NCBI GenBank assembly: GCA_041694815.1
Contig: JBGFSC010000030.1
Location: 1-62,505, forward strand
DNA length: 62,505 nt
Origin: Elusimicrobiota bacterium
Lineage (GTDB): Bacteria > Elusimicrobiota > Elusimicrobia > UBA1565 > JACRDR01
Direction: 5' to 3'
The notes beneath the pieces are model-generated. The model did no database searches. It was not told where the DNA came from and saw nothing but the letters and a program-made list of their open reading frames with translations. Below, one piece after another: positions 38,390 to 47,259 of this stretch. Positions within the stretch are counted from its first letter, which is position 1. Each line of letters starts with the position of its first letter. The translations under genes and the position numbers were made by a program.

Positions 38390-39463
38390 TTACGGGCATT
38401 TCGAGGGAGTCTCGGCTCCCCCTCCTAGCGCGTCGGGGTCCGTGATCACCTCGACACGTCCGGTATCCGGATTGTAGTTCGAGACGGTCCACTCGCCTTC
38501 GGTCGTATACAGGCCGCGGCGGAATTCGCCGTTGAGGCTGCAGGAATACTTTTGGGCGGCGGTTACCTCCAGCTGGGCCCTCTCGAGATGCGCCCTTGCC
38601 CGCGCGATGGCCTCGGGGGAAACGGGATCGGGGCGCCACGGTTTTTCCGGATGTGCCACGGGATCGGAGGAGTATTTCCAAAAATCCGTCTCGGCCAACG
38701 CGTCATGCAAGGCGGAGCCGGCGTTCTTGAGATGGTCTACGGCCTTTCGCGCGTCGGCGACCGCCTGCGGCGCGGTCTCGCTGCAGTTGGCGGCCGTTCT
38801 CTCGGCCCTTTCGACCCTCTTGTAGTCAGTGTGGTAGCGGCCTTCGCCGTAACGAAGCCCGCTATTGTTGTTGAGAATTTCTTCCGCGTAGTACGCCTTG
38901 ATATAAAGCCTATGAAGCTCTTCCGCGGAGCTTTCGGGATTCGCGAGCGCGTCCAAATAGTTGCGCGCGCTGTCGACATATCCTTGGCTCCGGCCGACAT
39001 TGCCGCCAATGGGACCCACCGCCTGCATGACGGTGAGGCAGGCATCCTTGCGTACCGATTCCTTGTAGGAAGAAACGCCGGAAGAGACGGCCGGAATCAA
39101 AATGCCCAGCATCAACGCGATCAGTGCGACCGCCTTGAGTTTCTTGAGCCAATCGGCTTTCGAGCAGGTTGGCGCGGTTCTAGGCGCTGGTGGGCGGGGC
39201 TTGGCCGGGCGCAGCGTACGCAGGCTCGCCGAGGCCGCGCTCAGCTTGTCGGAGATGGATCCGCCGCTCGCGGCCACCGATTCCGCCGTGCCGGCCTTGG
39301 AGGCGTCCACGCCATCGGTCAGGGCCGCGGCCTGCGCGTGTTGCGTCTCCGGGCTGGAGCCATCGTCGAGCGCGAAAGCGACGCGGGCGCCGAGAATAAA
39401 GAAGGCGGCAAGGGTCAGGGCAAATAAGGATTTTTTCAAAGATTTTTCATAATGAGTTTTCAT
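38390..39463 (-). CDS. Orphan exported/membrane protein, tandem paralogue 1
   Basis: N-terminal block nearly identical to paralogue 2; diverged C-terminal domain retains Cys and TTEGEWTVS. Confidence 0.85.
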   Translation of the reverse strand: MKTHYEKSLKKSLFALTLAAFFILGARVAFALDDGSSPETQHAQAAALTDGVDASKAGTAESVAASGGSISDKLSAASASLRTLRPAKPRPPAPRTAPTCSKADWLKKLKAVALIALMLGILIPAVSSGVSSYKESVRKDACLTVMQAVGPIGGNVGRSQGYVDSARNYLDALANPESSAEELHRLYIKAYYAEEILNNNSGLRYGEGRYHTDYKRVERAERTAANCSETAPQAVADARKAVDHLKNAGSALHDALAETDFWKYSSDPVAHPEKPWRPDPVSPEAIARARAHLERAQLEVTAAQKYSCSLNGEFRRGLYTTEGEWTVSNYNPDTGRVEVITDPDALGGGAETPSKCP

Positions 39464-40014
39464 CTGAGTTTTTTATCGATAAGGCCCCCGATCCAAGCGG
39501 CGATTCGAGGCGCCAGCGCCGCCAAAAGTAGCGGAGAGAGGGTCATTGCCAAAATAAGGCTGCCCGAGAGCCATATCGGTCCGGATGAGATCGGTTTGTA
39601 TTGAGGCAACAGCTCCGATGTTCCTAGCAGTGCTAGTCCAACGACGATCACTCCTAGAAGAAAAGAATACATTCGTCCCAGCTCCGAGCGCCAGAATTTC
39701 GCCGCTTTTTTGCCGTATGGGATAGGTTCCTCGACGACGATGGGTGAGGGGGCTTTTCTTGCCAGAGACCAAAGAACGGGAAATTTGATTCTTCCGGTTG
39801 TCCAACCTTTGACGGAGCCGATTTGCGATGGGCCTGGCCCTTGGACGAGCGCATCGGCGGCGGCCACTCCATCGGTGAGCGTCGCGGCGCTCGCATGCTG
39901 CGCCTCAAGGGAATTAGCGCCGAGCGCGGGAATGCCCGAGGAAACAAGCCATAGGATGGATAGGGCGGCGCCGGACAGTCGGTCGTTCGCCCTTATTTCG
40001 GGTCTTGCGCCCAT
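39460..40014 (-). CDS. Orphan protein with signal peptide and two C-terminal TM helices
   Basis: SLEAQHASAATLTDGV motif; overlaps both neighbours. Confidence 0.72.
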   Translation of the reverse strand: MGARPEIRANDRLSGAALSILWLVSSGIPALGANSLEAQHASAATLTDGVAAADALVQGPGPSQIGSVKGWTTGRIKFPVLWSLARKAPSPIVVEEPIPYGKKAAKFWRSELGRMYSFLLGVIVVGLALLGTSELLPQYKPISSGPIWLSGSLILAMTLSPLLLAALAPRIAAWIGGLIDKKLR

Positions 40015-40748
40015 AGCTTGACTGAATTAGCGAGATCGACGAGTTTTCCATGGTATTCGTCCGCGGTCTTGGCGTTCGCCGCCAATCGATCGGCTTCCTG
40101 CTCCAAGGCGGCCAAGAAGCGCTCCGCCTCCTCGATCACGAGAGGGCTTTTGTAGCGCGCCATCCGGGCCAAGCGGGCGCGCTCCTCATTCGCCGCGGCG
40201 TGAATTTCCTGGCGGATCTGCTCGACGGAAAGGGTCCGCATCGATTCGGATTCGGCGGTCATGGAGAGGACCTTCCAGGAGCTGTCAGCGACCGTCTTTC
40301 CGCGCTGCCATAGGTAGTTTTGATAATCGACCAGCGCCTGGTTGGGCAAGGCGGGAGTCTTCGGCTTCGCGTTAAGGTCCATGTAGAGTTTCGGGATCAA
40401 CAGTGCCAACGCGACAAAGATGGCCGGACCGTAGACCAACATGCCCACGGCGAAGCTGATCCAATAGCCGATGCCCAGCCCGCGGCGAATTTTGTCGTAA
40501 GTCTCGCCGTTGGATGTTTTTTTAGCCGGAGCCAGGACCGGGAGGGGAACCGGAGCAAAGACCATCGGGCTCAACTGTCCTTGGCCGAAAACCGGCTGGG
40601 GCAACGCGGAGGCGGAGGCCTTCGCTAGCACGCCGGTCGAAGCGGACGCCTTGCCCGACTGGTCGAAGAGAGGATCCGGAGGAAGGGCGCTCGATATGCT
40701 GGGGAGGAGTAAGGCAAACGTCAAAAGCATTGTATTTTTCATTGTCAT
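39993..40748 (-). CDS. Orphan protein with signal peptide, TM hairpin and helical C-terminus
   Basis: MTMKNTMLLTFALLL; ATGA overlap with upstream gene. Confidence 0.72.
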   Translation of the reverse strand: MTMKNTMLLTFALLLPSISSALPPDPLFDQSGKASASTGVLAKASASALPQPVFGQGQLSPMVFAPVPLPVLAPAKKTSNGETYDKIRRGLGIGYWISFAVGMLVYGPAIFVALALLIPKLYMDLNAKPKTPALPNQALVDYQNYLWQRGKTVADSSWKVLSMTAESESMRTLSVEQIRQEIHAAANEERARLARMARYKSPLVIEEAERFLAALEQEADRLAANAKTADEYHGKLVDLANSVKLWAQDPK

Positions 40749-41167
40749 TCCAAGTCCGCAAGGGCGCGCAGCGCGCGCATTTTGACCGACAACGCGTGAA
40801 CGAAGTGAAATTGCGGGTGAGAGTCGTCGCCGCAACCTTTCTCGATTTTCTGGATTTCCTTGTTCATTTGGGACAGGATACCCTTGACTTGCTTTGAAGA
40901 GGCGCCGGTATCGTTGGAAGCCTGATCGGCGATCTTCTTGAGCGTCTCATCGATTAGGCGGGAGGCCTCCTGGGTTGTAACGCTGATATCGGGCCGCTGC
41001 GCCGGATCGCCGGTAACGCTCTTTTCAAATATGGTTCTCAGGGCCGCTTCGGCTTGTCGCGCCTGCGCCTTGACCGCCATCTTGAGTGAGGGATCCCCAA
41101 TCGGATCGGTGGCGAATAGGTTCACGGGTGCCGCGAGCAGGACTGCGATCGACAGTGCTTTCAGCAT
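40745..41167 (-). CDS. Orphan exported helical protein, first gene of the operon
   Basis: AGGAG 7 nt before ATG 41167; MLKALSIAVLLAAPVNLFA. Confidence 0.72.
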   Translation of the reverse strand: MLKALSIAVLLAAPVNLFATDPIGDPSLKMAVKAQARQAEAALRTIFEKSVTGDPAQRPDISVTTQEASRLIDETLKKIADQASNDTGASSKQVKGILSQMNKEIQKIEKGCGDDSHPQFHFVHALSVKMRALRALADLE

Positions 41168-41207
41168 CAGAGTTCTCCTGAGCGCCATCATTGCGCTCGA
41201 CAGCATT

Positions 41208-41274
41208 AGGGTAACGGGACGAGGGAAGCGCGCGCAGGGTCGGAGGACCTATGCGGAAATAGTCTTTGGACCTA
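41208..41274 (-). promoter_or_regulatory. Paired TAGGnCC boxes plus -10 element (locus C)
   Basis: Minus strand: TAGGTCCAAAGACT (from 41274), TAGGTCCTCCGACCCTG (from 41251), TACCCT (41213-41208); another TAGGCC on + at 41283. Confidence 0.6.
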
Positions 41275-41385
41275 AGCCGAACTAGGCCTTTTGTTTTCTT
41301 GGACTGCGCGAATTGAAGCGCATCATGGTGAGCCGATCAACGGCGTGCTATACTAAGTCATGGAACTTTTTGAGGGTTCAATCGC

Positions 41386-41814
41386 ATGAAACGTATGGGC
41401 GAAATCCGGGCCAAGGTGCTTCTCGAAAACGAGAGGGACCTTATTTTATGGCGGGAGAAGAGGCTTCCCAAGAATAAGGTCCGCCGCCTGACGATCGAAG
41501 CAACCGCCGACACCGGGGCGGTGATGAATCTCCTGCCGCAGGAGATCGTCGAAGCCTTGGGCCTGGAAAAGAAGGGAAAAACGATCGTTACGCTCGCCGA
41601 CAACAAGAAAGTCGAGCTCGAAATTGCTGGGAACGTCGCGATGACGGTAGCCGGCCGGAAATGGGAGACCGATTGCCTGGTCGGCCCTCCGGGCTGCGCG
41701 CCGCTCATCGGCCAATTGGTCATGGAGCGGCTCGACCTGATAGCCGATCCCTTAAAACGGACCCTTACACCCAGGCCGGAATCACCTTACCTGCCGACCC
41801 TAAATCTCCTTTGA
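41386..41814 (+). CDS. Clan AA (retropepsin-like) aspartic protease
   Basis: ADTGA catalytic motif; PLIGQLVMERLDL..DP. Confidence 0.85.
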   Translation: MKRMGEIRAKVLLENERDLILWREKRLPKNKVRRLTIEATADTGAVMNLLPQEIVEALGLEKKGKTIVTLADNKKVELEIAGNVAMTVAGRKWETDCLVGPPGCAPLIGQLVMERLDLIADPLKRTLTPRPESPYLPTLNLL

Positions 41815-41827
41815 CGCATGGCTTAGA

Positions 41828-41867
41828 TTGGTATTGACAAATGGTAATTTCCACTATAAAATACCAA
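41828..41867 (+). promoter_or_regulatory. Promoter and inverted-repeat operator of the vapBC-type operon
   Basis: TTGACA (41834-41839), 17 nt, TAAAAT (41857-41862); TTGGTATT/AATACCAA inverted pair overlaps both boxes. Confidence 0.7.
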
Positions 41868-41869
41868 AT

Positions 41870-42136
41870 ATGGCCAAGAAACTCAGAATCGATAAGGCCG
41901 GCCGCCTGGTGATCCCCAAGGCGTACCGCGAGGCCCTGGGCCTCGACGCGGGATGCGGGCTGGTTGCCGAGCGATCCGGCGATCAGATCATACTACGCCC
42001 GTCGCATGAGGCGGCGACTTTCCGGAAGGAGAAGGGCTGCTGGGTATACCGGACCGGACGGCGCTTGGAGCCGTCGTTCGTCGACAACTGGATCGAGGCC
42101 GCGCGGGATGAGCGGATAAGCCAAGCCGTCCCGTGA
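41870..42136 (+). CDS. AbrB/MazE-family antitoxin
   Basis: IDKAGRLVIPKAYREALGL...IILRP. Confidence 0.88.
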   Translation: MAKKLRIDKAGRLVIPKAYREALGLDAGCGLVAERSGDQIILRPSHEAATFRKEKGCWVYRTGRRLEPSFVDNWIEAARDERISQAVP

Positions 42137-42558
42137 GCCAGTTCCTTGATACCTCCGTCATGGTCGCAGCCTTTCTGGGCGATCATCCCCATCATCAGGC
42201 GAGCCTGGAGTTATTCGCTTCCGCCGAAAAAAGCAAAACCTATTGCGCTGCCCATTCGCTTGCCGAGGTCTATGCCGCTCTGACGAGACTGCCGCTGAGG
42301 CCGCCCGTAGCCCCCGAACAGGCGCTCTTGTTCCTGCAGGACGCGCGCCGGCGCCTTCACGCGATCGCCTTAAGCGAAGCGGAATATTTTGAGGTTCTCG
42401 AGGAGGCGGCGCGCCAGGGCGTCGTCGGCGGGCGTCTTTACGACGCCCTGCTGCTTGCCTGCGCGGAGAAAGCCAAGGCGGAGCTCATTTATACCTGGAA
42501 CCTGGGTCATTTCCGCCAACTACGGCCCGACTTGGCGCGCAGAATTCGGATGCCTTAG
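42133..42558 (+). CDS. PIN-domain VapC-type toxin
   Basis: FLDTSV, LAEVY, LYDALL, IYTWN; GTGA overlap. Confidence 0.9.
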   Translation: MSQFLDTSVMVAAFLGDHPHHQASLELFASAEKSKTYCAAHSLAEVYAALTRLPLRPPVAPEQALLFLQDARRRLHAIALSEAEYFEVLEEAARQGVVGGRLYDALLLACAEKAKAELIYTWNLGHFRQLRPDLARRIRMP

Positions 42559-42677
42559 TTTCCCATGCGCCGATCCACCATCCGCTTCGAATCGACGTTT
42601 GCTTGATTGGACCCATCGATTAAGATAAACTACATTGCTAGGCTTGTTTTTACCCTAATAGCGTACTATCGATGCTC

Positions 42678-43232
42678 ATGAGCGACGTTGCAGCGCACCC
42701 TGACATTTCTCGCGTCTTGCTCGGCGAGGAGAAGATACGCGCCCGGATCCGGGAGCTGGGCCGGCAGATTTCCAAGGATTACGCGGGCAAAAAGCTGATC
42801 CTCGTGGGAATCCTCAAAGGGAGCGTGCTTTTTTTATCCGATCTCATGCGCTCCATCGATCTCTCGTGTTCGGTCGATTTCATCTGCCTTTCTTCCTATG
42901 ACGGCAAGGCCTCCACCGGCGTCGTGCGCCTTTTGCTCGACCTGCGCGAAAGCGCCGAGGGCAAGCATCTGCTTCTGGTCGAAGACATCGTGGATACCGG
43001 TTTAACGCTCAATTATTTGCTGGAAAACTTAAAGACCCGCCGCCCGGCCTCGCTGGAAATATGCGCCCTGCTCGACAAGCCCGAGAGCCGCAAGGCGCCC
43101 GTGAAGGCGAAATACATCGGCTTCGAGATCCCCAACGAGTTCGTCGTCGGCTACGGGCTCGATTATAACGAGCTCTACCGCAATCTGCCCTATATCGGAG
43201 TGCTCAAACCCTCGGCCGTGGAGAAGGAATGA
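42678..43232 (+). CDS. hpt: Hypoxanthine phosphoribosyltransferase
   Basis: LKGS..FLSDL, LVEDIVDTGLTL, FVVGYGLDY; alternative start 42672. Confidence 0.95.
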   Translation: MSDVAAHPDISRVLLGEEKIRARIRELGRQISKDYAGKKLILVGILKGSVLFLSDLMRSIDLSCSVDFICLSSYDGKASTGVVRLLLDLRESAEGKHLLLVEDIVDTGLTLNYLLENLKTRRPASLEICALLDKPESRKAPVKAKYIGFEIPNEFVVGYGLDYNELYRNLPYIGVLKPSAVEKE

Positions 43233-45040
43233 ACCCCCTGACAAAGAATCTCAAGCAGCTCATCCTCTGGGTCGCGGCCTTTTTCTTGCTGTTGGCCCTG
43301 TTCCAGAACCTCAAGCAGGCCGGCACCGAGCTCGAGCTGCCTTATTCGGGCTTCAAAGAGCGGCTCAGGGCCAATCAAGTCATGGAATTGACGGTGCGCC
43401 CCGACTTGATCCGCGGCCAGTACAAGGATGACAAGGGGGTCACCCAGCGCTTTAGGACCATTCCCCTGCAGGACCCCAACCTAGTATCCGAGTTGGAGGC
43501 GCATAAGGTGCGCCATTACCAAGGGGAGGCGGACCGCTCCTGGGTGACGGCCGTGCTCGTCAACATCGGCTGGGTCGTGCTCTTCTTCGGGCTCTGGTGG
43601 CTCTTCGTCGTGCGGCAGGTGCAGATGGGCGGAAAGCAGGCGCTTTCCTTCGGGCGCTCGCGCGCCAAGCTGCAGAACCTCAAGAAGCAGAAGGCGACCT
43701 TTGCCGACGTCGCCGGCTGCGACGAGGCCAAGGAGGAGTTGCAGGAGATCGTGGAGTTCCTTAAGGATCCCCAAAAGTTCCAGAAGCTGGGCGGCAAGAT
43801 CCCCAAGGGGGTCCTGCTCTACGGGCTGCCCGGCACCGGGAAGACCTTGATGGCGCGGGCCGTGGCCGGCGAGGCCGGCGTCCCCTTTTTCTCGTCCTCC
43901 GGCTCGGAATTCGTCGAGATGTTCGTCGGCGTGGGCGCGGCGCGCGTGCGAGACCTCTTCGAGCAGGCCAAGAAATCGGCCCCCGCCGTGGTCTTCATCG
44001 ACGAGCTCGACGCCGTGGGCCGGCACCGCTTCGCCGGCATCGGCGGCGGGCATGACGAGCGCGAGCAGACCTTGAACCAGATCCTCGTAGAGCTCGATGG
44101 CTTCGAGACGAAGGAGGGCGTTATCTTGGTCGGCGCCACCAACCGCCCGGACGTGCTCGACCCCGCCCTGCTCAGGCCGGGGCGCTTCGACCGGCACGTC
44201 AATATCCCCAGCCCCGACCTGCGCGGGCGCGAGGCCATCCTTAAGGTGCATTCCAAGCCCGTCAAGCTGGCCCCCGAGGTGGACCTTTCCGTCATCGCGC
44301 GGCGCACGCCGGGCTTCGTGGGCGCCGATCTCGCCAACCTCGTCAACGAGGCCGCGCTGCTGGCGGCTCGCAAGAACAAGGATGCCGTGCAGATGACCGA
44401 GCTCGAGGAAGCCATCGACCGGGTTATCGCGGGGCCCCAGCGCAAGAGCCGCATGATCTTAGACCGCGAGAAAAAGGTCATCGCCTACCACGAGTCGGGC
44501 CACACCTTGGTCGCCAAGCTGCTGCCCAACACCGACCCCGTTCACAAGGTGACCATCATCCCGCGCGGCCCGGCGCTCGGCTTCACGCTCCAGCTGCCGA
44601 CCGAGGACCGCTACCTCACCTCGCGCAGCGAGATATTCAACCGCCTCTGCGTGCTCCTGGGCGGGCGCTGCGCCGAGGAGCTCGTCTTCAATGAGGTCAC
44701 CACCGGAGCTGCCGACGATCTCTCCAAGGCCACGGCGTTCGCCCAGAAGATGGTGATGGAGTTCGGCATGAGCGACAAGCTCGGGCCGATCACCTTCCGC
44801 AAACCCGAGGAGGAGGTGTTTCTCGGCCGTGATATCGCGCGAGGGCCCGGGTATTCGGAGTCGACCGCGCAGATGATCGACGAGGAGGTCAAGCGCATCA
44901 TCCGCGAGTGCCAGGAGACCGCGCGCGCCCTTTTGGCCAAGAACAAGAAGCTGCTCGACACCTTGGCCGAGCGATTGGTGGAAAAAGAGATCGTCGATGC
45001 CGATGAGATCAACGCAATCTTCGCCGGCGCCGTCGCCTAG
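43229..45040 (+). CDS. ftsH: ATP-dependent zinc metalloprotease FtsH
   Basis: Two TM helices, [27 protein letters not shown]. Confidence 0.98.
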   Translation: MNPLTKNLKQLILWVAAFFLLLALFQNLKQAGTELELPYSGFKERLRANQVMELTVRPDLIRGQYKDDKGVTQRFRTIPLQDPNLVSELEAHKVRHYQGEADRSWVTAVLVNIGWVVLFFGLWWLFVVRQVQMGGKQALSFGRSRAKLQNLKKQKATFADVAGCDEAKEELQEIVEFLKDPQKFQKLGGKIPKGVLLYGLPGTGKTLMARAVAGEAGVPFFSSSGSEFVEMFVGVGAARVRDLFEQAKKSAPAVVFIDELDAVGRHRFAGIGGGHDEREQTLNQILVELDGFETKEGVILVGATNRPDVLDPALLRPGRFDRHVNIPSPDLRGREAILKVHSKPVKLAPEVDLSVIARRTPGFVGADLANLVNEAALLAARKNKDAVQMTELEEAIDRVIAGPQRKSRMILDREKKVIAYHESGHTLVAKLLPNTDPVHKVTIIPRGPALGFTLQLPTEDRYLTSRSEIFNRLCVLLGGRCAEELVFNEVTTGAADDLSKATAFAQKMVMEFGMSDKLGPITFRKPEEEVFLGRDIARGPGYSESTAQMIDEEVKRIIRECQETARALLAKNKKLLDTLAERLVEKEIVDADEINAIFAGAVA

Positions 45041-45050
45041 CGCCACGCGC

Positions 45051-45893
45051 GTGGACCGACCGCGGGTGATGGGAGTGCTCAACGTCACGCCCGACTCCTT
45101 CTATCCCGAAAGCCGCGCCTTCTGGGAGGGCCGCGACGCCTTAGACGAGACCGTCCGCCGCGGGCTCCGATTGGCCGCCGAGGGCGCCGATATTCTCGAC
45201 ATCGGCGGGCAGTCCACGCGCCCGGGGTCCGAGCCCGTCCCGGAAGAGGAGGAGTCGCGCCGCGTCGTCGCGGTGATCGAGCGCCTCGCCCCCGCCGTCC
45301 GCATCCCCATTTCCGTCGACACGAGCAAGGCCTCCGTCGCCAAGGCGGCGCGGGCCGCGGGCGCCTCCATCCTCAACGATGTCACCGCCCTGCGCGGCGA
45401 CCCCGCCATGGCCGAGGCGGCGCTGGAGTACCCCGAGATCATCCTCATGCACATGCAGGGCACGCCCAAGACCATGCAGCAGCGCCCCACGTACGGCGAT
45501 GTGGTCGCCGACGTGCTCTCTTTCTTCCAGGAACGTTTGGGCGCGCTGCGCCGCCTCGGAGTCTCCGAGGCGCGAGTCCTCCTGGATCCGGGCATCGGCT
45601 TCGGGAAGGATTTGGGCCACAACCTGGAGATTCTCCGGAGGCTCGAGGAGTTCCGCGTCCTGGGCCGTCCCTTGGTGATTGGGGCGTCCCGTAAATCCTT
45701 CATCGGCCGAATCCTGGCGGCCTCCGAGGGGACGGCGGACCCGTTGGGGCCCGAGGAGCGCCTGGAGGGCTCCCTGGCCGTGGCCTGCCGCGCGGCGGCC
45801 GCCGGGGCGAGCGTCGTGCGCGTCCACGACGTGCGCGCGACGCGGCGGGCGCTCGAGGTATGGGCGAAGTGTTCGGGGCCGCGCCATGGGTGA
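45051..45893 (+). CDS. folP: Dihydropteroate synthase
   Basis: MGVLNVTPDSF, STRPG, DPGIGFGK, SRKSF, VRVHDV; start uncertain. Confidence 0.95.
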   Translation: MDRPRVMGVLNVTPDSFYPESRAFWEGRDALDETVRRGLRLAAEGADILDIGGQSTRPGSEPVPEEEESRRVVAVIERLAPAVRIPISVDTSKASVAKAARAAGASILNDVTALRGDPAMAEAALEYPEIILMHMQGTPKTMQQRPTYGDVVADVLSFFQERLGALRRLGVSEARVLLDPGIGFGKDLGHNLEILRRLEEFRVLGRPLVIGASRKSFIGRILAASEGTADPLGPEERLEGSLAVACRAAAAGASVVRVHDVRATRRALEVWAKCSGPRHG

Positions 45894-47259
45894 GTTTTTT
45901 GGCACCGACGGGGTCCGAGGCATTCCCGGCCGCTATCCCTTGGTCCCGGACTTTATTCGGAGGCTGGGTTTCGTTTCCGCGAACCTCTTGCGCGAGGGCC
46001 GTAAGGCTCACGCCAACGGCTCCGCCCCGGTAATCTTGATGGGCCGCGACTCGCGGGCCTCGGGCGCCGCCCTGGGCCGCTCCTTGGCCCACGGCTTCGC
46101 GAAGGCCGGCTGCGTCACCCTCGATCTCGGCGTGCTGCCGACCCCGGCCCTGTCCTACCTCACGCCGCGCCGCGCCGCCCTTTGCGGCGTGATGATTTCC
46201 GCCAGCCACAATCCCGCCGAGTTTAACGGGATCAAGTTCTTCACCGCCGGGGGATTCAAGATGGGGCCCGAGCTCGAGGCGGAGATAGAGCGGCGGTTAG
46301 CCGGAGTTCCCGATCCTGGGGCGAGCGTTTCGACCGTCGCCGTCGGCGCGGAGGAGGGTGGCCAGCGCGAATACCTCGATTTCCTGCGCAGCAGCTTCCC
46401 GGCGACCAGCGATCTGTCCGGGCTGCGCATCGTCGTCGACTGCGCCAACGGCGCGGCATCCGCCGTGGCTCCCCGGCTCTTCGAAAGCCTCGGCGCCCGC
46501 GTTTTCCCGGTCGGCTGCCGCCCCAACGGCAAGAATATCAATTCCGGCTGCGGGGCCCTCGAAACCGGGGCGATGCGCCGCGAGGTGTGGCGAAGGCGCG
46601 CCCATTGCGGCGTCTCCCTCGACGGGGACGCGGACCGCGCCATCTTCTCGGACGAGACGGGCAGCCTTTGCGACGGGGACGTGCTGATCTCGATGGCCGC
46701 GCTCGACCTGCGGGAGCGGGGGCTTCTGCGCGGCAACAAGGTCGTGCTCACCGTGATGTCTAATTACGGGATGATCGAGTTTCTGTCCAGGCAAGGGATA
46801 TCCTCGACCCTGGTGCCGGTCGGAGACCGCAACGTGACCGAGGCCTTGGAGCGCGAGGGGCTCGTCCTCGGAGGAGAGGCCTCGGGCCATATCGTGTTCC
46901 GCCGTTTTTCCCCGACCGGCGACGGTCTGCTGACCGCGCTGCAGACCTTGGCCGTCATGGCCCGCGGCGGCCGGCCGATGAGCTTTTTCAGGAAGCGCTA
47001 CAAGACCTACCCGCAGCTGCTTAGCAACGTCCGCATCGACAGGCGCATCCCTATCGAGCAGCTCCCCGGTACGTGGAAGCTGATCCGGCGGGCCCAAAAG
47101 AGGCTGGAGGGGCGCGGGCGCGTCCTGGTCCGCTATTCGGGCACGGAGCCACTCATGCGCGTGTTGGTGGAAGGTCCGGACCGTGCCGCCTGCCGAAAGA
47201 TTTCCAGCGAGATCATCGAGACCTTCCAGAAAGAAAGCCGTGTGCCAGGAGAACATTGA
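45886..47259 (+). CDS. glmM: Phosphoglucosamine mutase
   Basis: FGTDGVRG, ISASHNP, DGDADR, RYSGTEP. Confidence 0.95.
   Translation: MGEFFGTDGVRGIPGRYPLVPDFIRRLGFVSANLLREGRKAHANGSAPVILMGRDSRASGAALGRSLAHGFAKAGCVTLDLGVLPTPALSYLTPRRAALCGVMISASHNPAEFNGIKFFTAGGFKMGPELEAEIERRLAGVPDPGASVSTVAVGAEEGGQREYLDFLRSSFPATSDLSGLRIVVDCANGAASAVAPRLFESLGARVFPVGCRPNGKNINSGCGALETGAMRREVWRRRAHCGVSLDGDADRAIFSDETGSLCDGDVLISMAALDLRERGLLRGNKVVLTVMSNYGMIEFLSRQGISSTLVPVGDRNVTEALEREGLVLGGEASGHIVFRRFSPTGDGLLTALQTLAVMARGGRPMSFFRKRYKTYPQLLSNVRIDRRIPIEQLPGTWKLIRRAQKRLEGRGRVLVRYSGTEPLMRVLVEGPDRAACRKISSEIIETFQKESRVPGEH

Noticed and set aside
36310..39463. Diversity-generating retroelement template/variable repeats
   Set aside because: Differences include indels and all base types rather than adenine-only changes; no reverse transcriptase in the window
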